Numbered from the stretch's first letter, positions 35,721 to 49,693 are shown. The stretch is 64,000 bases of DNA from Leucoraja erinacea (GCF_028641065.1 NC_073377.1:64914001-64978000); one strand, 5' to 3'. Numbers and translations: made by a program. The notes: generated by a model not told the origin, from the letters alone.

Positions 35721-38700
35721 CTATATATGCAGAATTTAACCCCTAAAATAAAACCCTGCAAAAATGCTTCACAGCTTTTTTTTCAATAAATGGAAATGAT
35801 TTCTTCAATAATTGTAACCACCAAAAAATCAATATGACAAAAATTGTGACGGAACAAATGAAAGCCTTTATTTTTTGGAAGAGGCAAAATTCCCCGTGGT
35901 TTTTACCTGGAAAAAATATGCAAACCACAGGAATTGGAGAAATGTATATCAGATTTGCTGTTTTCTAAGAGGCCAGAAACCCTGGACTATTGGACAGATT
36001 CTCATAGAAACTCTCTCAAGGTGCTATTTCTGTCTGTATAATAACCAATTTACTAGGACCAAGACCTATACAGGTATTGCATGACCTGACCTGACCTGAA
36101 TTCATGGAAGGATGTGCCCAGCAGCTCAAATAAATAGCCTAAACAAATTTGGGGAAGTTAAGCTGGAGGCATTTTTACTTTCTATCCTTGAAGAGTTGGC
36201 ATACAATTTAATTTTACATGTATCAATGAAACTTTCTTTCTATGTACAACTGCTTTCTTTATGAAGCAAATGCGTACAATTGCTCCTTCCACTAGAATGA
36301 ATGATACACTGCTTTTGATTCATCAGCGCATAGAACAGGGAAGGTCTGATTAATGGAATAAGATTTTTCCTTAGAAAGTGATTGTGTTATGTAAATGCTT
36401 ACTTATATCTTTAAAATGAGTAAGAATTATCTTGTGCGCAAGGATTATTTTTTCCAGTTGTCGGGATATGCAAAATACAAGAGAAAAGAAGAGGATCTGA
36501 AACATCACCGGTTAATCTTCTGCAGAGATGCTGCCTGACCTGCTGAGTTACTCCAGTACTTTGTGTCCTTTTACATCTGCAAAATGCAACATAGCCCATT
36601 TTTTGACGATATTACTCGGGCAAAAATTGAGACTATTTAAAAAGAGTAAAGATCTCCCAGCATCAGGTATTGTTTTAGGGATAACATTCAATTAGAATAT
36701 TTACCATTCTTTAGTTAGTTCCATCAGATATTCTATGTCAATCGGAGCAGCCAAACAGGCCAGTTTTAATTTATCAAGCAATTTTATCCTAGGCAGGCTT
36801 TAAAGTTCAATAGTATGTGAATTAACAGCTATTTAACATCCCGCACTGCATTTATTTCCTTTGATTTTAGTAAAAGCAAACATGAAAATGGCCGGCCAGG
36901 TTATAGACAGCGTCTCAGCCACTCTCAGTTTGTATTTCAATGGAATAAATGCAAGATTCTTCACACTGCATCATACCATCTCATTATGGCATCTCAATCT
37001 GCCTTGATTATTTATTCTTGTATCTGAGATAAACTCCAGACCTTCTAACTTGGAGGCAAGGAGCATTTTAATTTGACCCATATAAATGAATGAAGGTGCG
37101 AGATTGCACCTTCCATAACATATAGTGATCTCTAATGAACTGAGGACATTCAGTGAAAGGTTACATCCGGCATGCAAGCCATGTGGAAATGTCTATCATA
37201 TTTGGATGAACAGTGGAACTACTCACTGAAACATGAGACAGTGCTAAATTTCATCAGGAATTTGTCATCAGGAAATTCTTCACAAATTGTCTTACTTTAA
37301 TTGATGAAAGTGCAGTAAATTTGATATTTGGGCGTTGTAATCATATGATTAACGTGGCCCTTTCAGTGAAAACTAAGCAAGAAGTATTTAGACTCCAATT
37401 CCATTTACTTTTTGAAGTAACTGTGAAAACAAAAGCTCTGAGGTTTTTTTTTCTATAACCCAGTAAGGGAATAAAAAAAGACAATCAAACATGGATATGG
37501 TCATGGAAAAAAATCCTCCTTATATGCATCATAATAACACTTTCCAGAATAACCATTATTTAAGTTTTGAGGGCAATTCTGAATAGAAATCCTGACATTC
37601 AAACTTGAATAAAATGAAGCTAATTGGTACCTCTGGGTACAGGGGCTCAGATGTCTGGGAAAGTATAGATCATTTAATTTAATCTTTAATTATGATGAAT
37701 ATAGTTCTTCATGTTCACCTTAAAATTCAGAAACAAATGTGACATTTAAGGGAAAAATTGTATTCCTTTCTGCTTACTAAGATTACAGAGTGCAAATATA
37801 TTGAAGAATTGTTAGATTGAATTATGGTTATTGAAATATGGTAGAGTGAATTTATAGAGAGGTGGGGGGGGGGTAAGGAAGATTCAATTAAAGATAAGAT
37901 TGTCAGGCAGGACTTAACATAGGGTGGTGAACACAACAGCAGTTGATCTTTTGTTTGCTGTTCACTCATCTCTGGTTTCTTCCATACCTGGGATGATTCT
38001 TTAGTTGGAATTACACATGACTATTCTTTCCACTCTTAAACTCATGTCCGTTGACTGCAAGGACTTCTGGCATCATGCATATTTATTATCTACATTATAT
38101 TTGAAGTCAAGATCATCCAAAAATAAATTAAGTCGGCATAAAGTAAATTGAACCATTGCTCACAGAATCCATTGAAGTAAATTTTCTAGATCAGTATACA
38201 AGGAGAACAAAAAGAAAATACACTATTTTAAATCTTACCTTGCATATTAGTAATCTCACAGCAAGCAAGGACCAGAGGATGCTCAGAAATTAGAGACATT
38301 TATATTGTAAGAGTATAGCAAGAAAGTAACAAAAATTAAAGCTTGAAAACAGAGGCAGGAATTATTATTATGGAGAATGAGGATATTGATGGCTGTGGTG
38401 CTATTGGGCCATTACTGATGATGAACATTAAATTTCCTAGCCAAAGAACATTATTCTGTACCCTTATCACTCTCAAAATTCTGAAGATCTCCATGGGGTG
38501 ATTTCAGGGTGCATTACCATAGTGATGCACTTTGGTCTTTTCTATTATCTTGAGTGAGGATCGCTGTGAACAAAATCTGGATATTCTCAATGCCAGAAGA
38601 GCTCAACAAATAAAATGGAGTGCGTCTGAAGCAAGGTCGACACATATGGTAGTAGAGACAAATCAAGATTAATAAGTATCCAGAAGGAAAACCCCACAAG

Positions 38701-39147
38701 GGCACAAAATAAGTTTTAAAGTAAGAAATACAATTTACTGGCAGGAAAGAACTAAATTATTCAGCCAACTCAAAAGTCAAATGTTCAAATATTTCTCAAA
38801 AACTGTTTAACCAAACGATATCTAAAGACATTTTATTTCCATTAGACCAATAACAGAGGTAATCAACGGGAATTCCTGTTCCAAATTTCTGATTCTTTAA
38901 TAAAAGACAGATAACCGTTTGTTTATAAAAGTTCAAGAGACCCATTGCTAGTTAAATGTAAGGAAGAAAATGTAAAAACGTTCTAGTTTATCTTTAAAAA
39001 CATGTTGCTTAATGACTGCTTGTAATTATTAACAGAAGGAATTAATGTAAAAGCAAATATTCACTCCCATTTCTGTTTGGATTAAGGTAACTTAGTTTAA
39101 GCATGCTTTCAGATAATAGTCAAAACAAGTTTTTTAAACTACTATTA

Positions 39148-39453
39148 AGGGCCTATTCCATTGTACGAGGTAATTCAAGAGTTCTCCCGAGTTTCCCCTG
39201 ATTCGAACTTGGAGAATTACGGTAATAGCCGCTCGTAGGTACTTGAGGCACTCGTGGACATTTTTCAACATGGAAAAATCTTCACGAGCTTACTGCGTTT
39301 CCCGAGTACCTTGCCGTTAGCGTTACGAGCCGCTAAGAGACGTCCCGAGCGCCGACGTACCCGCTACGTACATTCTACGTACTTACCACGAGTTTGATTT
39401 TTTTTTAAACTCGGGATAGCTCTTGAATTACCTCGTAAAGTGGGACAGGCCCT
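39148..39453. mobile_element. MITE with terminal inverted repeats of about 45 bp and TTA flanks (PIF/Harbinger-like)
   Basis: Left agggcctattccattgtacgaggtaattcaagagttctcccgagttt pairs with right aaactcgggatagctcttgaattacctcgtaaagtgggacaggccct. TTA at 39145-39147 and 39454-39456. Confidence 0.8.
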
Positions 39454-41104
39454 TTAAGATTCCTTAATTCCAATAATACATCAGTTCACCTAATTTCAGA
39501 TGTGAAATAAACAAATACAATTAAAATGTCAATTTATTTCCTAAATGTTTGATCAAAGCTCCTGATCATTTCTAAAGTGAACCAATTGATCAGTTAGGTT
39601 GAACAATATTTATTTGTGTTACAGAAGTGTCTTCTTCAAGATCTACCTATTTTTTTCTACCATCCAAAACAATTTTATAAAATTAGTTGATATCGAAAAA
39701 GTACATTTGTATACTTTCTGCAAGATACAAACCTAAATCTTAACATTCTGTAGTATATAATACAAATCCCAAAAGGTTTATGTCACTACCCATTGCTGAC
39801 CTGGTACAGTACAAAAGTCAAGTGTACCTTTTGATGCCTCTGGTCCACGCAGCTGAACGGTGGAATTCATTTCTTCTATTGTATGTCCTACTGAAAGCAG
39901 ACTCAACTGTCTCCTTTTTAAAAGCCTGGGAACGGTATCACGATCAGTAGGCTCAACATCCAAAACCACTTCCCCAGATATAACCGCAGGCACTACTCGC
40001 TTCAAAAAATCCATTGCCTGCATACGAAGTGTCAGAAAATAAATGCAGCAGCTTGAACTGCCTTACCCACACACCGAGTGCTTATTCAAACTTCCTTAAT
40101 ACACAAAGGTGGATCATTTGCATTGGATTTCAAATGACGTCATTGGGGAATTGGGTGGTGCCCAAAAGCTGCAGGTCAACATTTAGCTATCAAGCAATGT
40201 TTGGGACACATTGCCTGCCTTACAAACCGATAAGGCCACACAGTATAACAATCGATAAGAAGCTCGAAGGTACATTTTAACAGGTTTGTAGACCTGACCT
40301 AGCAGAAACCACCTTGACAATGGATAAAGAATTGAAAATGAATGTAATTCCATAAAACATCACTCACTCAAACCATTCAGGGTGGGCGGAACCTCATATT
40401 TCCAACACATCTGTTCTCCAGAGATAATGTGCATCACTTTAAACGCCATGTAAACAAAGTAATCTAAACTTACAGGTTTTATTCAAAATTACAACATTCA
40501 ACTAGCAAACCTCTTCGTGACAAGGGAACATTTTCATAAAACGCAGATGCTGGAAATCTAAAATAAAAACTGAAAACGCTGAAATACTCAGCATGGCAAG
40601 CCGAACCTTCATTCCGAAACATTCACTCCGTTTCTCTTCCCACGGATACAGTCTAATGTTGAGTATTGCCTTTGTTTTCAGGCTTTCATTCAATACAAGA
40701 AATGAGTACAGTAAAGCCTAATTTAACAGACCCCTTTATCACGGAATTTGGTTAAAAGGCACAAACCTGCCAATGTCACCCCTGCTCGCACCACCTCCTC
40801 AGCCCAGGCTTCCTACACCTAGCCCTGCTCGCAATGTACACCAGCGAGCCTTTCACCTACCGTATGGTTTGGTTGATGTGGCTGTTATTGCGGCCATGGT
40901 GTAGTCCCTGGAGAAAATACTTTCTTCATGCCGCTGCCACTGACAGAACATGATCGGTCAGCATGGATCTCTCTTCCCCCCCCCCCCCCCCCCCCACCCT
41001 GCTGCCCCTTCTTTCTGTTAGCCATCGCTTTGTCCACTCGGTCTCTTCCCCCCCCCCCCCCCCCCCCCCCCATTATTCTGCCCACTTAGCCTCACCCCCC
41101 TTGA

Positions 41105-41310
41105 TGGCACTGTGATGAGTGTTTAATCTAACAGCACCAGAGACATGTTCGATACTGACCATGGGTGCTGTCGATACAGAGTTTGCACATTGTCCTCGTG
41201 ACTTCCGTTGGTTTTCTCCGGGTGCTCCGGTTTTCTCTCACACTCCAAAGACATACAGGTTAGTAGGTTGATTGGCTTCAGTAAAATTGTTAGTAGGTTA
41301 ATTGGCTTTG
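41105..41310 (+). mobile_element. V-SINE (HE1-like) fragment
   Basis: gagtttgcacattgtcctcgtgac...gggtgctccggttttctctcacactccaaagac V-domain. Confidence 0.75.
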
Positions 41311-41475
41311 GCAGGACATTTTAAAGTACAATTTAGGAGAAGTATACAAGTGCAAATGTCCACTTTGACCACTGCCCCCAATTTTTCTTTCACCACAGAA
41401 GCCGAAATGGAAGCACATATCGACCATTCAATGCCTCATGTCTGCTCCACCATTCAGTACAATCATGGCAGATCT

Positions 41476-43925
41476 ATGTGTAGGAAAGAACTGCAGATGC
41501 TGGTTTAAATCGAAGGTAGACACAAAATGCTGGAGTAACTCAGCGGGTCAGGCAGCATCTCTGGAGAGAAGGAATGGGAAACGTTTCAGGTCAAGACCCT
41601 TCTTCAGACTGATGTCAGGGGAGTGGGCGGGACAAAGATAGAATGTAGTTGGAGACAGTAAGATTGGTGGGAGAAGTGGGAAGGGGAAGGGGATGGAGAT
41701 AGAAAGCAAGGGCTATCTGAAGTTGGAGAAGTCAATGTTCATACCGCTGGGGTGTAAAGTACCCAAGTGAAATATGAGGTGCGTTCCTCCAATTTGCGCT
41801 GGGCCTCACTCTGACAATGGAGGAGGCGCAGAACAGAAAGGTCAGATTGGTAATGGGAGGGGGAGTTGAAGTGCTGGGCCACCAGGAGATCAGATAGGTT
41901 AAGACGGACTGAGAGGAGGTGTTCAGCGAAACGATCGCCGAGCCTGCGCTTGGTCTCGCAGATGTAGAGAAGTTGACACCTGAAACAACGGATACAGTAG
42001 ATGAGTTTGAAGGAGATGAAAGTGAACCTTTGCCTCACCTGGAAAGGCTGTTTGGGTCCTTGGATGGAGTCGAGGGGGGAGGTGACGGGACAGGTGTTGC
42101 ATCTCCTACGGTTGCAGGGGAAAGTACCTGGGGAGGGGCTGGTTTGGGTGGGGAAGGGACGAGTTGATCAGGGAGTTTTGAAAATGATATCTGGGGAAAG
42201 CAGAAAGATGTGGAGATGGGAAGATGCGGCCAGTAGTGGGATCCCGTTGGAGGTGGCAAAAACATTGGAGGACAAGGGGGACTCTGTCCTTGTTACGAAT
42301 AGGGAGAGGGGGAGCAAGAGCGGAGCTGCGGGATATCGAGGAGACCCTAGTGAGAGCCTCATCTATAATGGAAGAGGGGAACCACTGTTTCCTAAAGAAT
42401 GAGGAGATCTCCGATGCCCTGGTATGGAACACCTCATCCTGGGCGCAGATGTGACGTAGATGGAGGAATTGTGAGTAGGGGATAGAGTCTTTACAGGAAG
42501 CAGGGTGGAATGAAGTGTAGTCAAGATAGCTGTGGGTGTCATTAGGTTTGTAGTAGATGTCGGTCAATAGTCTGTTTCCTGTGATGGAGACGGTGAGATC
42601 TAGAAATGGTAGGGAGATGTCGGAGTTGGTCCAAGTGAATTTGAGTGCAGGATGGAAATTATTGGTGAAGTTGATGAAGTCCAGGAATTCTGCATGGGTG
42701 CAGGAGGTAGCACCAATGCAGTCATCAATCTGGTGAAGGTAGAGTTCGGGGATAGAGCCAGTGTTAGCCTGGAACAGGAATTGTTCGACGTACCCTACAA
42801 AGAGGTAGGCATACTGTAGCTAGGGGTCATAGCTACGCCTTGGATTTGGAGGAAGTGGGAGGAGTCGAAGTTGTTGAGGGTAGGGATCAGCTCTGCTACG
42901 TGGAGGAGAGTATTGGTAGACGGAAATTGGCTGGTTCTGCGGCAAGGAAGAAATGGAGGGCTTTAAGGCCCTCCTGATGGGGGATGGAGGTGTAGAGTGA
43001 CTGGACATCCACAGTAAAGATGAAGGAGTGGGGGCCTGGAAAACTGAAGTCATTGAGGAGACAAAAAGCATGTGAGGTGTCTTGGATATAGGTATGGAGG
43101 GAGTGGACCATGGGGGGGGGGGGGGGGGGGGGTAGGATACAAGATGCAACAATATATAAGACACATTTATTGTCACATGTGCCAGTTGGCACAGTGAAAT
43201 GTGATCACCATACAGCCATACAATAAATTTCAACGCTGACGGCACTTGGCCAAGGGCTCCAGGACTCCGCGTGGTCGGTTAGCGACTCCCGCGCTGGGAG
43301 CGCCGCATACCACAGCTCCGTGATGTCGATGCTGCAGAGCCAACGCACCGGAGCTTCAAAAGGCGATCCAGGAAGGCATCGCTCGCTCCGCGATGAATCC
43401 AATGCCATGCCGCCGCTGCCGAAGCTTTGGTCCAGTCCCCCATCTCAGGTAGGAAAGGCCACTCCAATCCAGCTGCAAGGCTACGAGGTGGGGGTCGAGA
43501 ACGCGACTTGGAGACATAGTCGCATCCTCGCCAGGTAGCGACTGGGAAGCGGCTTTCCCCCTTACCCCTCCCCCCTCCCCCACATAGAAAAACTAAAGAA
43601 TCCCCAAAACAAAACTGTTAGACAAACTAAAATAAAAAAAAGGATGGAAAAAAAGGACAGGCTGTAGGCAGAGGCGCCTTCAATGCAGCGCCCCTGGGTA
43701 CAGGTGATGGAGTCGAGGTATGTGGAAATTAATTTGGTGGGACATGAGCAAGCAGAAACAATGGGTCTGCCAGGACAGTTCTGTTTGCCGATTTTGGGGA
43801 GAAGATAAAATCGGGCCGTGCGGGGCTGGGGAATGATAAGGTCGGAGGCTTTAGAGGGCAGAGAGCCGGAAGTGATGAAATCAGTAGTGGTGTTTGAGAT
43901 TAAGGCCTGGTGGATCTATGTTGGA
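41476..43925 (-). mobile_element. Penelope-like retroelement (RT plus GIY-YIG endonuclease), decayed, interrupted by a SINE-like insert
   Basis: [77 protein letters not shown]. Terminal repeat carries a hammerhead motif at 41578-41610. Confidence 0.9.
43130..43695 (-). mobile_element. Second copy of the GC-rich SINE-like element, inserted in the Penelope-like element
   Basis: Shares ...gcgactat.tctccaagtcgcgt.ctcg.ccccca... and the tgtgcca-tggcaca hairpin/aataaa tail with 23356-24240. The Penelope RT reading resumes on both sides. Confidence 0.7.
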
Positions 43926-43964
43926 GTCCACTTGCTGTACTAACCTGATATCTACCCATTCCTT

Positions 43965-44280
43965 TAATAGCTATTTTGAGAGGTGAGTTATGGAACACAT
44001 TACATCGAGTCTACCCAGCAGCCTTGACCCACTGCAGTTTGTCGACCAACAAAACAGGTCCACGGATGATGCCATTGCCCTAGCCCTACACTCATCCCGA
44101 GACTACCTGGATAAAAGAGACACCAACGTCATCCTCCTATATATAGACGGCAGCTCTGCCTTTAATACCATTGCACCATCCAAGCCTATCACCAAACCAG
44201 CAGGACTTTGTGTCAACATCCATCTCTGCAATTGGATCCTCAACTTCCTGACCAACAGACCCCAATCAGTGCTGAATCTA
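43965..44280 (+). mobile_element. Rex1/Babar RT fragment
   Basis: [16 protein letters not shown]...SSAFNTIAP...[15 protein letters not shown]. Confidence 0.8.
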
Positions 44281-46678
44281 TCTGTCATATCAATCAACAT
44301 TTCCTCATGCCCACCACAACGTTTCGCAATATTTGTGAAATCACCGAAACAATATCTTCATTCAAGGATTATATATTCTAAAAAGTCAAGATCCCAACAC
44401 TGATACCTGTAATAAAAAAAGAATGCAGGTGCTGGTTTATGCCAAAGACAGATACAAAATGTTGGAGTAATGAGGCGGGTCGGGCAGTATCTCTGGAGAA
44501 AATGAACACGGGGGGATCCTTCTTCAGACACAGATCCCTGTGGTACAGCACTTGCTATTTCTTGCGAACCAGAAAAAGACCCATTTATGCCAACTCTATT
44601 TCCTATTAGTTAGCCACTCTTCTATCCCCGTCATTATGTTATGTCCTACACTATTTTATTTTCTGCAATAACCTTTGATACTGCACTTTCTGAAATCTAA
44701 GCACATTACATTCATCAGTTTTTCTTTGTTCACAGCATGTGTTAATTTAGCGCCAAAAAAGATGGGTTAAATATAATCTCCCTTTCAAAAGACCATGTTG
44801 AATTTTCCTAATTACCTTAACTTCCTCTTACTGCAATACCTTTAATAATAGTTGCCAATGATAGTTGTTGTTTTTGAACAAAGGGGTGTTTTCTAATCTA
44901 ATGCAAGCTTCTTTGAAGCGAGGGTGTTTTAGAAAATTACAACCAATGTATCACCTTCTCACTAATCACTGCTTGTAACATCCTAGGAAGAAGCCCATCA
45001 GGAATGAAGACTTTTGAGCAAAACCCAAAGTGCTGGAGAAACTCAGGCTGCCTCTGGGGAGAGAATGCACGGGCTATGTTTTGGATCGGGACCTGTCTTG
45101 TTAACCTGAAAGTTCTAAAGATCTTACCCATTACAAATGCACATTTGAAATTCAGACACAATAACTTAGAACCATTTCAATAATGTCTAGCACAAGGCTG
45201 AATGTTTGATTGGACAATGTGATAGGTAGGACTGATCACCAAAGGATAAAAGTGACCTTGATGTAGTTTCCGACCACTGAATTCAAAAATGCCCAACTCA
45301 TGTGATTATATTCTCTTCAACTTCTTTCTGAATCCTTTCAGGGGTTAGTTACCGCTGCCTCCTTCCTACATTTAAGGACCCCACCAATAATGTAATCTGA
45401 GTTATCATGAGCAATGCCGTACAAATGATTCTAGCACGTCAGAAAAATACTTCACATAAAGCATTGCGTTGATGTATTTCACTGATCAAATTATTTTTTT
45501 CACTCAAGGGTAACAGATAACTGCCACAGAAGTTCCAACATTTGTTCCGTTTACTAGATCCATTGTAATTTTATAAAACGTTGTGAATACACATTTACAT
45601 TATTAATCCAACAGTTACATTGTTGGAAAATGATGTGCTGCCAAAATATATCCGTATTGACATGGGCAGATGCTGTTACTGCATACATTCTAAGTATTTG
45701 CTCATATAACAGTAGGAAATGGCCCAGTTCAATAATCTGTGAAGTTCTCAAACGTATCAGTGAAATTGTACTTTGAAACCTTTGTCCCCTTTAACATGGT
45801 GATCAGATCAACTGATTCCAAGGAGTTTTAGTGTGTTTTGCTGTGTTGCTATGTGGAATGGAATAGTTAACATTATCTGTAGTTAGATCGTGTTGGCTTT
45901 TTCTGTTTACACAAGATCCAAGGGCAAAGGTCAGATTTACTTTGTAATGCGCTAGTCCAGTCAGTTTTGAGATACACTAATCCGCATAACAAGCAGAAAA
46001 AATGATTTCTTGGCAGCACTCAGATGTTGAACGTGCGTCTGCTACGTTTGTGCGGCGGAGACGGTTCCTCTATCGACTAACCCCCCCCCCCCCCCGAGTC
46101 CCGCCCGTGCTGTCGCCCAACCACCCATAAAATAAATCTGCACGGATATTTTATGAATGCCTCAACCCCCGCTTCCTGTCTCAGAAATATACAAGTACAT
46201 AAGCGAAATTCGTCCAATTGTATTTGAAAGAGTGACAGTGGTAAATATCTGGGAATTATAAATAGTCCACAAGGATTCTACTGGTTTACCATATGGATCG
46301 CACGTCCAAATACAACGGGATATCAAGATTCAAGATTCAAGAGATTCAAGAGAGTTTATTGTCATGTGTCCCTGATAGGACAATGAAATTCTTGCTTTGC
46401 ATCATAGTAGGCATGACTACAGAAGAGATCAGAGTGTCCATATACCATAGTATAAATATATACATACATCGAGTCAAGGTTTGGTCATTTTGAAAATGGG
46501 AAGACATATTTGGTCGTGGGTTATGAATGAGGTTATTAACACATAATTGGAGTGAAGATTATTCATGGATGAGGATTAGGATTATTTTATGCTGCTATTT
46601 CTTTGCTCCCGCGCCAGTTCCAATGCCTACGCCAGTCTCGGTGAACGTGTGCAGTGATCCCGATAGTCACAGATTCAT

Positions 46679-48231
46679 TGTGTTCAAGAAGGAACTGCAG
46701 ATGCTGGAAGATCGAAGGTACACAAAATTGCTGGAGAAACTCAGCGGGCGCAGCAGCATCTATGGAGCGAAGGAAATAGGCAATGTTTCGGGCCGAAACC
46801 CTTCTTCAGACTGATGGGGGGTGGGGGGGGAGAAGGAAGAAAAAAGGGAGGAGGAGGAGCACGAGGGCGGGGGGATGAGAGGAGACAGCTCGAGGGTTAA
46901 GGAAGGGGAGGAGACAGCAAGGGCTAGCAAAATTGGGAGGATTCAATGTTCATGCCATCAGGACGCAAGCTGCCCAGGCGGAATATGAGGTGCTGTTCCT
47001 CCAATTTCCGGTGTTGCTCACTCTGGCAATGGAGGAGACCCAGGACAGAGAGGTCGGATTGAGAATGGGAGGGAGAGTTGAAGTGCTGAGCCACCGGGAG
47101 TTCAGGTAGGTTATTGCGGACTGAGCGGAGGTGTTCGGCGAAACGATCGCCCAACCTCCGCTTAGTCTCCCCGATGTAAATCAGCTGACATCTAGAGCAG
47201 CGGATGCAGTAGATGAGGTTGGAGGAGATACAGGTGAACCTTTGTCGCACCTGCAACGACTGCTTGGGACCTTGAATGGAGTCGAGGGGGGAAGTGAAGG
47301 GACAGTTGTTGCATTTCTTGCAGTTGCAACGGAAAGTGCCCGGGGAGGGGGTGGTACGGGAATGGAAGGGAAGAATTGACAAGGGAGTTGCGGAGGGAGC
47401 GGTCTTTGCGGAAGGCAGACATAGGGGGAGATGGGAAGATGTGGCGAGTGGTGGGGTCACGTTGGAGGTGGCGGAAATGGCAGAGTGTGTTGTATTTGCC
47501 AGCTGGTGGGGTGAAAGGTGAGGACTAGGGAGACTCTGCCCTTGTTGCGAGTGCGGGGATGGGGAGAGATAGCAGTGTTGCGGGGTATGGATGAGACCCT
47601 GGTGCGAGCCTCATCTATGGTGGCGGAGGGGAATCCCCGTTCCCTGAAGAACGAGGACATTTCCGATGCCCTGGTATGGAATGTCTCATCCTGGGAACAG
47701 ATGTGGCGTAGGCGGAGGAATTGGGAGTAGGGGATGGAGTCTTTACAGGGGGCAGGGTGGGAAGACGTGTAATCCAGATAGCCATGTGAGTCAGTTGGTT
47801 TGTAGTGTATGTCGGTCAGAAGTCTGTCCCCTGCGATGGAGATGGTGAGGTCAAGGAATGGTAGGGAAGTGTCGGAAATGGTCCAGGTGTATTGGAGTGC
47901 CGGATGGAAGTTGGTGGTGAAGTGGATGAAGTCAGTCAGTTGTGTGTAGGTGCAGGAGGTGGCCCCAAAGCAGTCGTCAATGTAACAGAGGTAGAGGTCG
48001 GGGATGGGGCCCTGGTACGTATTGAACAAGGATTGTTCGACGTACCCGACAAAGAGGCAGGCGTAGCTGGGGCCCATGCGTGTGCCCATAGCTACGCCTT
48101 GTGTTTGGAGGAAATGGGAGGAGTCAAATGTAAAGTTGTTGAGGGTGAGGACCAACTCCGCTAGCCGGAGGAGAGTGTCAGTGGCTGGGTATAGGTTGCT
48201 CCTCTGGTCGAGGAAGAACCGGAGGGCTTTG
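46679..48231 (-). mobile_element. Penelope-like retroelement, 5'-truncated, with 14-bp TSD
   Basis: RT QTQGVAMGTRMGPSYACLFVG...YIDDCF...LPFLDL; GIY-YIG YCIRCSRCQLIYIGETKRRLGDRFAEH. TSD agtcacagattcat at 46665-46678 and 48232-48245. Hammerhead motif at 46781-46812. Confidence 0.93.
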
Positions 48232-49693
48232 AGTCACAGATTCATCCCGGGTTAATGAGAGGCCCGTTACCAGATAGCCGGCCTCTCCAGAAAGCCATCG
48301 CCTGCTCCTTTTACTAAGTGGATTGAGAACAGGGCAACTTGAAATGTGTTCCGCCCAGATTTCCCAGTTGCATGGGACTGCACTACGAGACTTTTTCAGA
48401 CCTGCTGTTAGCGATGCGATGGTTTTAGGTTCCAGTTTACCGAGGTACGCGTGAAAATCTGTGTTTCGCGCATCAGTTCCACAGACAAATTCCACTGCCC
48501 GCAATGGGGTTGAAGTGAATCAGGCAGAGCCCTCGCTTACGCAAGATCCATTCAGAAGCCTGATAACAGAGGGGAATAAGTTTCTGAGGCTGGTGGTGCC
48601 CACCTTCAAGCTTCTGCCCAACGGTAGCAAAGAGAAGGAGGGATGAAGGGAGGTGTAGAGTTGGGGTAGGGCTGAGCAGGGATGATTGAGAGATATGTAC
48701 AACTGAGAGATATACACAAGCCTGCGCCAAGGGAGCAAAGCTGTCGACAGATTCACGTTAATATTTGTTCAATCAAATCTTTTAGTTTTAACCGCGGAAA
48801 GAAGTGGAGAATGTTTAGGTTAAACATTGCACTGTGGTTTCCGGGCACACGCCCATGCGAAGTAAAACATGCGATTGCTGTTTCTTTGCAGGCAAGACCA
48901 ACAGTCGGTGATTACAACCTCTGCTCAGGAGGCGGTCTTTGATTGTCTCAACACGATATTGAAATCCATTAATTAAATGATATCCTATAGTTAAACTATT
49001 AAATTAGATTAACTAAAATTTTAACTGTTAGCTGTGTGTCTCAGGAGAGGTATTCAGGATGTCGGGGTTCTTTCTTGTCCAATTGTATTCAGGAGCATTA
49101 CAGTATTTATTTATATATCTAATTGCATCGCTGTTTATCCTCCGCTGCTGTTCGTCGCGATTTCTGGTGCTTAAAACAACTCAAAATACAACGTGGAGAT
49201 ATTTCATGGTGTATCAAGTTTCGTGGAATTATTGAAATTAAGCTAAAAACGACGAACTAGATAAATAAAAATATTGATTTGGACAAATGGTAATTTGAAG
49301 CTCCCACAAAGTCCCTCTAATACTGAAACGCGCTTTTAAGTTATAGCGCCCTGCTTTAAGAATCTAATCTCTTTGCATGCATTTGTTGCGAATATCGTAT
49401 TTACACTGCATGGAATAACCCAGCACAATTCTCACCGAGTTTCCTCATTGATTCCCCTGTGGTCCTGATCAAAATCAGCTTGTCTTTTCCTTTCTGCACT
49501 TCTGCATCTATTCAAATGTGACGTTTAATATTTTCAAGAAAGTTGCAATTTTGTTTTGATCTCACGCTACCTGCAACAACTGGTGTCTTGCAACATAATG
49601 CACCCGCATCAAATTCTCAAACTCTCTATTGTTATAGTCATCTAACAACAAATGACGTCGAAGAAGGATCCCGACACGAAACGCCAATTGTCG

